Below, piece by piece: positions 39,818 through 46,989 of a stretch of DNA of 64,000 bases. The DNA is taken from the NCBI GenBank assembly GCA_002471225.1, contig DKPO01000017.1, positions 21,216 to 85,215 on the forward strand. The letters are read 5' to 3'. Position 1 is the first letter of the stretch; every line of letters begins with the position of its first letter. The position numbers and the translations under genes were made by a program. The notes beneath the pieces were generated by a model that was given only the letters and a program-made list of their open reading frames with translations, did no database searches and was not told where the DNA came from. This DNA comes from Porphyromonadaceae bacterium UBA7332 (GTDB taxonomy: Bacteria > Bacteroidota > Bacteroidia > Bacteroidales > UBA7332).

Positions 39818-41290
39818 ATGTTGATAACCTTTATTGTTCTTTACTTAGTAATTACAGTGGGGATAGGCGTTTATGCTTCGAAAAAAATTCGAACCGGCGA
39901 CGACTATGTGAATGCGGGACGTAATCTTCCCTTTTTCTTTAATTCATTTGCGCTGTTTGCCATGTGGTACGGAGCCGAAACTATTTTTGGTGCTGCCGGC
40001 AGGTTTATGGAGTCTGGTTTGATCGGAGTTATCGAAGAGCCCCTTGGAGCAGCTTTGTGTCTGGTCCTTTTTGGTGCTTTTCTGGCAAAGCCTTTGTATA
40101 AAAGGAATATATTGACGATAGCCGATTTGTTTAAAGAGGCTTATGGAGATAAAATTGAGTTTATATCTTCTTGCTTTATGCTTATTACATACATTGGCTA
40201 TATAGCAGCTCAAATGGTGGCTTTAGGTATATTGCTTAAATTAATTATCGGGCTTGAATTATCTACAGGTATTTTAATTTCGTCAGCTGTGGTGACAGCC
40301 TATACTTTTGCAGGAGGGATGTGGGCAGTTTCCATTACCGATTTCTTTCAGTCAATTATGATTGTTCTAGGTCTCTGTGTCTTATGTTTTACGCTGGTTA
40401 CACAAATCGGAGGCTTAGATATCGTATTGGATAGTGCTCCGAAAGGCTTTTTTAATATCCTGCCTGAAAAGAATGCAGAGTCTATCAATGAATGGGTAAC
40501 TGCCTGGATGGTGATAGGATTAGGATCTCTTGCATCTCAGGATATATTTCAACGAGTGAACTCTGCGAAAAATGTAAAGATAGCAGTAAGGTCAACTTAT
40601 TTTGGAGCGGGAATGTATTTGTTTTTCTCTATTATACCTATGCTGATTGCTTTATGTGTCAGGATTATGGATCCTGCACGTGTACAGGCAGGTACAAGCG
40701 TCGATTTTCAGGAAATAATTCCTCAGATAGCAGTAAGTAGTGGAAATCCATTTGTTCAGATATTATTTTTGGGCGCCTTAGTTTCAGCGATTTTATCTAC
40801 TTGTTCAGGAGCCTTACTGGCCCCTTCGGCAATTCTTGCTGAGAATATAATGAAACCTTTGATGGAACGTAGAACAAAAAAGAAACTGGATGTCTGGATG
40901 GTGCGATTGAGTGTCGTTATTATGTCTGTTGTTTCTACTGTCCTGGCTATGAGTGAGAACGATATTTATGCGATGGTTGGAGATTCAGGAGTTTTGGCAT
41001 TAACATCAATATTGGTTCCTACGTTTTATGCAATATATAGTAAGAAACCATCCAAAGGCGGAGCTATGGGTGCGATGTTTATCGGGGCGATTGCCTGGGC
41101 ATCGAAAGAGTATGCTTCTTATTACTGGCAGGCTTATGAAGCTTTGCCCGTTTCGGCATGGATAATCGGTGGAGTCTTTTCTCTGATTGGTTACTGGTTT
41201 GGCCAATTGGTAGAACAGGTTCAATCTGAAAACTCAACATCTCTGCTAAAACCGGCATTAGTATGGATTCGCAGACATAATAAAAAATAG
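39818..41290 (+). CDS. sodium:solute symporter (SSF) family transporter
   Basis: 490 aa and polytopic. N-terminal Y.NAGR..P........A.WYGAETIFG is typical of SSF. Confidence 0.8.
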   Translation: MLITFIVLYLVITVGIGVYASKKIRTGDDYVNAGRNLPFFFNSFALFAMWYGAETIFGAAGRFMESGLIGVIEEPLGAALCLVLFGAFLAKPLYKRNILTIADLFKEAYGDKIEFISSCFMLITYIGYIAAQMVALGILLKLIIGLELSTGILISSAVVTAYTFAGGMWAVSITDFFQSIMIVLGLCVLCFTLVTQIGGLDIVLDSAPKGFFNILPEKNAESINEWVTAWMVIGLGSLASQDIFQRVNSAKNVKIAVRSTYFGAGMYLFFSIIPMLIALCVRIMDPARVQAGTSVDFQEIIPQIAVSSGNPFVQILFLGALVSAILSTCSGALLAPSAILAENIMKPLMERRTKKKLDVWMVRLSVVIMSVVSTVLAMSENDIYAMVGDSGVLALTSILVPTFYAIYSKKPSKGGAMGAMFIGAIAWASKEYASYYWQAYEALPVSAWIIGGVFSLIGYWFGQLVEQVQSENSTSLLKPALVWIRRHNKK

Positions 41291-41343
41291 ATCAATAGGA
41301 AAACGAAGTAATTTGGAGAGTAAAACAAAGGTATTTTCTCCAT

Positions 41344-41384
41344 AAAACGAAGGCATTTGGTATTTACCAAATGCCTTCGTTTTA
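41344..41384 (+). terminator. intrinsic terminator
   Basis: Perfect hairpin AAAACGAAGGCATTTGG-tatttа-CCAAATGCCTTCGTTTT. Confidence 0.8.
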
Positions 41385-41419
41385 TAATTGAAAGTACAAC
41401 GTTGTTAAAAGTGAATTTT

Positions 41420-41503
41420 ATCCTTCACATCCTTCACGGCAGGTTTAATACCCTGATTTTTAATTAGTAAAGTGTGTAGGATGGTGTAAGATGGGTGTAG
41501 GAT
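41420..41503. repeat. '2+3' short-repeat cassette, word ATCCTTCAC / GTGTAGGAT
   Basis: ATCCTTCAC occurs twice in tandem (41420-41437). A 36-bp spacer follows, then GTGTAGGATG, GTGTAAGATG and (G)GTGTAGGAT at 10-11-bp phasing (41474-41503). The latter are the imperfect reverse complement of the former. Confidence 0.8.
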
Positions 41504-41600
41504 ATAGAAAGCTGATTAATGTATTATATATCTGATTTTATGCCTCTTATGATCGGGGTGTCGGATAAAATCGTAAAATATTTCTTTAGTGAGGAATTTT

Positions 41601-41682
41601 GGTACGTATGAAAAATGTTTTACATAGGTATCTAAAGTTTTTTAGATACGTAGCAAAAATAATTTACATACGTATGTAAATC
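41601..41682. repeat. 82-bp AT-rich module with TACGTA-type and GTATCTAAA/TTTAGATAC inverted repeats (copy 1)
   Basis: GTATCTAAA (41628-36) pairs with TTTAGATAC (41641-49). By my ungapped count, 61 of 82 positions are identical to 63076-63157. Confidence 0.8.
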
Positions 41683-41713
41683 TGATTAGATAAGGCAAAA
41701 TTGGAAAAAAGCT

Positions 41714-41818
41714 CGTAACGATACAGTGTTTCTCTGAAAAGATACGGTATATCTTCGCAACGATACGGTATATCTTTTAAAAGAAACGGCGTATCTTTTC
41801 AGAGATACACCGTGTAAT
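41714..41818. repeat. five iteron-like units at exact 21-bp spacing
   Basis: GATAC lies at 41720, 41741, 41762 and 41804, with GAAAC at 41783. GATACGGTATATCTT occurs twice (41741-55 and 41762-76). The array is enclosed by a perfect 16-bp inverted repeat: TCTCTGAAAAGATACG (41731-46) with CGTATCTTTTCAGAGA (41790-805). Confidence 0.85.
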
Positions 41819-41822
41819 TTTG
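41815..41822 (+). promoter_or_regulatory. candidate -7 promoter box upstream of the 9-mer cassette
   Basis: TAATTTTG matches TAnnTTTG. No convincing -33 element was seen. Confidence 0.3.
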
Positions 41823-41875
41823 ACAATATCCGGATTTTTTTTAACTCTTACTACTAAAGCTTTTTTTTGCGTTTT

Positions 41876-42030
41876 ATCTGCAACATCTGCAACATCATCC
41901 GAAAACCCTTTGTGAATCGGGGTTTGATGCTGTTGCAGATGGTTGCAGATGGTTGCAGATGAAATTTCATCTGCAACGCGTAATTGTTTGTATTATACGT
42001 TTTTATATGTGTGTTGCAGATGTTGCAGAT
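41876..42030. repeat. 155-bp cassette with eight copies of the 9-mer GTTGCAGAT (both orientations)
   Basis: ATCTGCAAC x2 (41876-93); a 38-bp spacer containing CCTTTGTGAAT (41907-17); GTTGCAGATG x3 at exact 10-bp phasing (41932-61); inverted ATCTGCAAC (41969-77); GTTGCAGAT x2 (42013-30). Confidence 0.9.
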
Positions 42031-42073
42031 AGAACTTCAAATTTTGTTAGTGGTCAAACTAAGGTGATAAAAA

Positions 42074-42110
42074 AAGAGAGTGCTCAATATTGAACACTCT
42101 CTTTTTTTTT
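42074..42110 (+). terminator. strong hairpin plus T9 immediately after the repeat cassette
   Basis: GAGAGTGCTCAA-ta-TTGAACACTCTC followed by TTTTTTTTT, with an A-run upstream, so it could work in both directions. Confidence 0.7.
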
Positions 42111-42771
42111 ATTTTCCACAAAACAAAACTGAAATTCTATATAGTATGGAATGTCAAAGTTTATGCTTTGAGCGACTTCCAGGATAGACAATTATCCTTT
42201 GCTAATATTATAAGTTATACTGATTTTTGTGATTTTAAAGGTCGTAAGAGTTAGGTTTTTGAGTTTTTTTCATCTTAAAATGTATCGGGTTTTCTCAAGT
42301 TCATGTATAACTCTTGCTAAATCAGTTGCTGTGATTTTTAAATATAAGCAAAACTAAGGAAAATATTTTAATTATTAAAGAGAAATCGCGGGAATTTTCA
42401 AACACTCAGGATTTAGTCTATAAAATAATGCCGATCATGGAGGTTTTAAATGGCTGTTTTTTCTTTTGCTATTCGAATATTAGATTTGTATTTAATTACT
42501 CTTACCGTATAATACGCAATTGTAAGTGTGATTATTATTTGCTTGCAGGAGATCTTGATCAGGATCAAAAATAGGTTGTATCCCAAATCATAGATGTTGT
42601 AAAACAATTATTTAAATAATAGCAAGTTGAATGTGAATTTAATTATATTTTCGTATAATTGCGGAAGTGATTTTCAGCTGATCTATGCTGGAAGTATTGA
42701 CAGGTAATCGGGAATCGCCATGAAAATGTAGCTAATTTGACTTTAAATATATTACCTAATAATGTAAAACG

Positions 42772-44019
42772 ATGAATTTTAGACGATCTGACTTCCTGCT
42801 ATTAATGTTCCTGCTAATTCTTCTCAGCTCGTGTGTAAATCCAAACAAAAGGCTGGCACAAGAAGCATTGGAGACCCTATTCATTCAACCGATAAAAGTC
42901 GGAGAGCTTAGAGATAATATTAAATCCATAAAATATATTCAGTTAGAAACCTTAGAAGAATGTATGATTGGTGAGGTTTCTGAAGTGAAAGTTCAGGATG
43001 ATTATCTTATTATACTTGATGTTTTGAAAAAAGTATATTTATTTGAGAAATCTACAGGGCGCTTTATCAGACAAATAGGGTCTATCGGTCAAGGTGCAGG
43101 CGAATATGTGTCTGTAAATACAATTTCTTTATCGCCGGATAAAGATGGTATTTATATTTTTGATAATGCACGTGGTTATTTGTGTTTCTATAGTTGGAGC
43201 GGGGAGTGCATTTCTCAAAAGAATCTATCTAATTCTCTTTTGTATCAAGAGGTAGGCAGGCTTACCGTTTTGCCTGAACAAAACATAGTAGTAAATACGG
43301 TTATGATGCCTGTCAGGATGTCGGGTAATAGTGTATTAGAAGATTATAATCAGTTTCATATAGATTTGGATGTGGATTCTATTGTAAAAATGGATATTCC
43401 TATTTCTGTATATCGTGATGAGAAATACTTTTCTTCCTACATGGTTAATCCCAACAGTTTGTATGAAGATCAGCTTTCTGTTCTTAAGCTGGCTTGTGAT
43501 ACCATTTTTATTTATGATTATACTGAGTCGAAGCAGATTGTTCCGCGTTACAAAATTCAACTTCCTGATTCTTATAAATATCCGACCCCCGACCTGCTGA
43601 TAGGTAAAGAGCAGCTGCCGGAATCTACTCTTATTTTATTAAATGGATCCGGATACTTCAGTACTTTTACGCATATGTACGAGAATGCGAATATGATTTA
43701 TTTTCGTTGTGCAAATCTAATGGAAGGTCATGCGTTGGTTAACAAAAATACGGGGCAGGGGGTGCTTATTCCTAGAACATGGAATGGGGATATATCTATT
43801 AACGCAAGTTGCGAAAGAGTACTTCGGGGTGAAGGAATATTTGAAATAAAAGGAGCTTATGGAGCTGAATTTATTTCTGTTTTGGATACGGACTATATGT
43901 CTTGCATCCAATCGGCTTGCAAAGAAAAGAGGGATATTGAATTACCTTCTGACTTGAAAATGGTTTTGGAAAATTCTACAGAAGAGTCGAATCCTTGTAT
44001 CGTGATCTATGAGGTCTGA
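42772..44019 (+). CDS. hypothetical lipoprotein, 6-bladed beta-propeller-type family (paralog 1)
   Basis: 415 aa with lipobox LILLSSC. N-terminal block IKSIKYIQLET...YLFEKSTGRFIRQIGSIGQGAGEY; the C-terminus is ...STEESNPCIVIYEV. The family call rests on my recollection of Bacteroides DUF5128-type lipoproteins. Confidence 0.6.
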   Translation: MNFRRSDFLLLMFLLILLSSCVNPNKRLAQEALETLFIQPIKVGELRDNIKSIKYIQLETLEECMIGEVSEVKVQDDYLIILDVLKKVYLFEKSTGRFIRQIGSIGQGAGEYVSVNTISLSPDKDGIYIFDNARGYLCFYSWSGECISQKNLSNSLLYQEVGRLTVLPEQNIVVNTVMMPVRMSGNSVLEDYNQFHIDLDVDSIVKMDIPISVYRDEKYFSSYMVNPNSLYEDQLSVLKLACDTIFIYDYTESKQIVPRYKIQLPDSYKYPTPDLLIGKEQLPESTLILLNGSGYFSTFTHMYENANMIYFRCANLMEGHALVNKNTGQGVLIPRTWNGDISINASCERVLRGEGIFEIKGAYGAEFISVLDTDYMSCIQSACKEKRDIELPSDLKMVLENSTEESNPCIVIYEV

Positions 44020-44114
44020 TTGTCAGGATCAGAATAGTGATACCCTTTGATATTACTGTTGAGGAATTGTGTGAAATGTATTGGATTGAAAATCTATTAT
44101 CTAAATAATATTTT

Positions 44115-45347
44115 ATGAAAAACGTATTGAAGATATCTCTTGCTGCTTTTGTTTTTATAGCTCTCAGCTCGTGTGCAAATCCGGATAAAAAACGGGCAAA
44201 AGGAGAGTTGGAAGTTATATCTGTTCAACCTATAGGGGATGGTGATCTCAGAGATGATATTAAATCTATTAAATATGTACAACTCGAAACAACAGATGAA
44301 AGTGTTTTTGGGGAAATAACGCATATGCTGGTTCATGAGGATAAGATTATTATAAAAGATAACTTATCAAAGATCTATCTGTTTGATAAGCAGACCGGTC
44401 GGTTTATCCATTTAATAGGTAGTATGGGTGGAGGAGCGGAAGAATATGCGAATGCGGGGAGTATAGCTTTGAATCCTTCCAAAAACGGGATTACATTATG
44501 GGACAGGAAATTGGGGAAGCTTATTTCTTATGATTGGGATAATAATCTGCTTTTTAGTATGAACCTGGAAGTGCTTAATGAGGCTTGTCCTGAAGATGTT
44601 TATCTGCTGGATGAGAATACTGCAATTTTTAGCACGAGTATTGCAGGAAAAGGAGCATACAGCGATCCGTTATATGATCCGTATATTTATCTGGTTGTAG
44701 ATATTAAGAATGATAGAGTTCTGGATACATTTTTATCTAGAAAGCCTTTTACAGGGATGAAAAGTACCTTTACGCCTTATTTGAAAAAACCGGGAAATAT
44801 TAATGGCAATCAGTTTATGACAATAAAAGTCGCAAATGATACTTTGTTTAACTGGACACAAGAGGATGGATTTAAGCCTTCATGTAAAATAGGTCTTCCG
44901 GACTCTTATAGGTTTGCTTCGTTAGATCTGATCAACGAACAATCCGGTTTCCCTGAATTAGGATCTATATTAGTTAGAGAGTCAGGGTATTTTAGTGGGT
45001 TTAATACGCATTTTCAGACTGATAATTATATCTATCTTTCTTGTTGTGCTTTTAAGGATGGTGCAGTTCTGTTGAATAAAAATAATCTGACAGGAAAGAT
45101 ACTTCCCTGGGGATGGGGTAATGATGAGTCCGTAGATGCGAATTGTGAACGGATTTTTCGGGGAAAAGGAATGTTTAAGATTTATGCGGCTTCTGATAAT
45201 GAGTTTATAGGAGTTTTTAATGACTATTCAGCGACTGAAACTATGATTAAAGATAAAAAGGATATTCAGATACCTGAGGAGTTAAAAGAGATTTTAGAAA
45301 AATCTACAGAAGATTCCAATCCTTGTATTGTGATCTATGAAGTCTGA
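44115..45347 (+). CDS. hypothetical lipoprotein, 6-bladed beta-propeller-type family (paralog 2)
   Basis: 410 aa with lipobox FIALSSC. Collinear with the upstream gene (IKSIKYVQLET...YLFDKQTGRFIHLIGSMGGGAEEY; C-terminus ...STEDSNPCIVIYEV). Confidence 0.6.
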   Translation: MKNVLKISLAAFVFIALSSCANPDKKRAKGELEVISVQPIGDGDLRDDIKSIKYVQLETTDESVFGEITHMLVHEDKIIIKDNLSKIYLFDKQTGRFIHLIGSMGGGAEEYANAGSIALNPSKNGITLWDRKLGKLISYDWDNNLLFSMNLEVLNEACPEDVYLLDENTAIFSTSIAGKGAYSDPLYDPYIYLVVDIKNDRVLDTFLSRKPFTGMKSTFTPYLKKPGNINGNQFMTIKVANDTLFNWTQEDGFKPSCKIGLPDSYRFASLDLINEQSGFPELGSILVRESGYFSGFNTHFQTDNYIYLSCCAFKDGAVLLNKNNLTGKILPWGWGNDESVDANCERIFRGKGMFKIYAASDNEFIGVFNDYSATETMIKDKKDIQIPEELKEILEKSTEDSNPCIVIYEV

Positions 45348-45520
45348 TAAATTCAGGTAATAATGAGTCCGTTTACGAATACTTTTTGATATATGGAGAC
45401 TTAGTTATGATTAATACTAGTGTTAATTAATATTAAACACTTGCGTATTTGTGTAATTTTTCATTTAATTTGTAACTTATTGATATATGAACACATAAAC
45501 TATTAAAGGCGAACTAAATT

Positions 45521-46900
45521 ATGAGAAAACTAAAAAATTCTTTGATGCTACTGCTTATGTTGCTGATCATCACTCCGGCAGCTTCAGCAAAAGTAATTAA
45601 AACCCCCACACCAAAACGTCCAAAAGGACAAACAGACGTAGTAGGCTTACGTTGCGATCCAATCCCAACTGTTCGTGTAGCGGTTATCGGTTTAGGAATG
45701 CGTGGACCGGGTGCGGTTCATCGTTTAACACAAATTGATGGTGTGGAAGTGGTTGCACTTTGTGACGTAGTTGAAGAGAATGTAAAACGAGTTAATGAGA
45801 GACTAGAAAAAGCGGGTCTCCCAAAAGCCAAAGAATTTTACGGAAATACAGAAGTTTGGAAAGAAGTAACTAAACTTCCGAATGTAGATTTAGTATATGT
45901 TGCAACAGACTGGAAAAGTCATGCAAAAATTGGTGTTCAGGCTATGAAAGATGGTAAGCACGTTGCTATCGAAGTGCCTGCAGCAATGACGATGCCAGAA
46001 ATCTGGGATCTTATCAATACATCAGAAAAAACACGTAAACACTGTATGCAGTTGGAAAACTGTGTATATGACTTCTTCGAATTAACTTCTTTGAATATGG
46101 CTCAACAAGGCTTGTTCGGTGAGTTGATTCATGCAGAGGGTGCGTATATTCACGGATTGCAACCATTCTGGGGTGCATACTGGAATAACTGGCGTATGGA
46201 TTATAATCAAAACCACCGTGGTGACGTTTATGCTACACACGGAATGGGTCCAGCTTGTCAGGCTTTGAATATTCACCGTGGAGATAAAATGAATTTCCTT
46301 GTATCTATGGATACTAAACCATTACAAAATCCTGCTTATATTAAGGAGAAAACAGGTGTTGAACCTAAAAACTTCCGTAATGGTGACCATACGATGACTA
46401 TGATTCGTACAGAAAACGGTAAAACAATTCATATTCAACATGACGTAACATCTCCAAGACCATATAACCGTATGTATCAATTAAGCGGAACGAAAGGTTT
46501 TGCTAATAAATATCCTACAGAAGGTTATGCTTTGGATTCAAAAGAAATTGGTTCAGATGTAGCTGCAAATCACGAAGACTTGAATGCGCATAGCTTTGTA
46601 CCAGCGGATGTAAAAAAAGCATTGATGGAAAAATACAAACACCCTATCGTAAAAGATATTGAAGAAAAAGCGAAACGAGTAGGTGGTCACGGAGGTATGG
46701 ATTTCATTATGGATTATCGTTTGATTTACTGTTTACAGAATGGTCTTCCTTTGGATATGGATGTTTATGACTTAGCTGAATGGTGTTGTTTAGCTCCACT
46801 TACAGAGATTTCATTGGATAACAATTCTGCTCCGGTTGAGATTCCTGATTTTACACGTGGTGCATGGAATAAACTTCAGAAGTTAGAATTCCACCAATAA
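45521..46900 (+). CDS. GH109-like NAD-dependent glycosidase (alpha-N-acetylgalactosaminidase family; Gfo/Idh/MocA fold)
   Basis: Signal peptide, Rossmann motif VAVIGLGMRG, and blocks LENCVY, GELIHAEGAYIH, YATHGMGP, GGHGGMD and DVYDLAEW..L...S. These match my recollection of the Elizabethkingia GH109 enzyme (ALENVCY, GELVHGTGGY, YPTHGVGP, GAGHGGMD, DVYDLATW). Confidence 0.8.
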   Translation: MRKLKNSLMLLLMLLIITPAASAKVIKTPTPKRPKGQTDVVGLRCDPIPTVRVAVIGLGMRGPGAVHRLTQIDGVEVVALCDVVEENVKRVNERLEKAGLPKAKEFYGNTEVWKEVTKLPNVDLVYVATDWKSHAKIGVQAMKDGKHVAIEVPAAMTMPEIWDLINTSEKTRKHCMQLENCVYDFFELTSLNMAQQGLFGELIHAEGAYIHGLQPFWGAYWNNWRMDYNQNHRGDVYATHGMGPACQALNIHRGDKMNFLVSMDTKPLQNPAYIKEKTGVEPKNFRNGDHTMTMIRTENGKTIHIQHDVTSPRPYNRMYQLSGTKGFANKYPTEGYALDSKEIGSDVAANHEDLNAHSFVPADVKKALMEKYKHPIVKDIEEKAKRVGGHGGMDFIMDYRLIYCLQNGLPLDMDVYDLAEWCCLAPLTEISLDNNSAPVEIPDFTRGAWNKLQKLEFHQ

Positions 46901-46919
46901 TATAAAAATATTACAGAAG

Positions 46920-46962
46920 GGGCTGTTCCTGCGTTATAAAACGCTGAACAGTCTCTTTTTTG
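46920..46962 (+). terminator. hairpin plus T-run after the GH109-like gene
   Basis: CTGTTC..GCGTT-ataaa-AACGC..GAACAG followed by TCTCTTTTTT. Confidence 0.55.
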
Positions 46963-46989
46963 TTTCTTAAAATCTATACAGTCTGTTTA

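Noticed and set aside
41876-42030. CRISPR array interpretation of the tandem 9/10-mers
   Set aside because: The repeats are only 9-10 bp and directly abutting, with no unique spacers. Copies occur in both orientations, and no cas genes are in the window.
41400-42125. Chromosomal replication origin (oriC)
   Set aside because: Only loose DnaA-box resemblances were found (TTTTCCACA at 42112-20; TGTGAAT/TGTGGAT in the cassette cores), with no cluster of TTATCCACA boxes. The presence of a second homologous module at 63 kb argues against a unique oriC. This remains untested.
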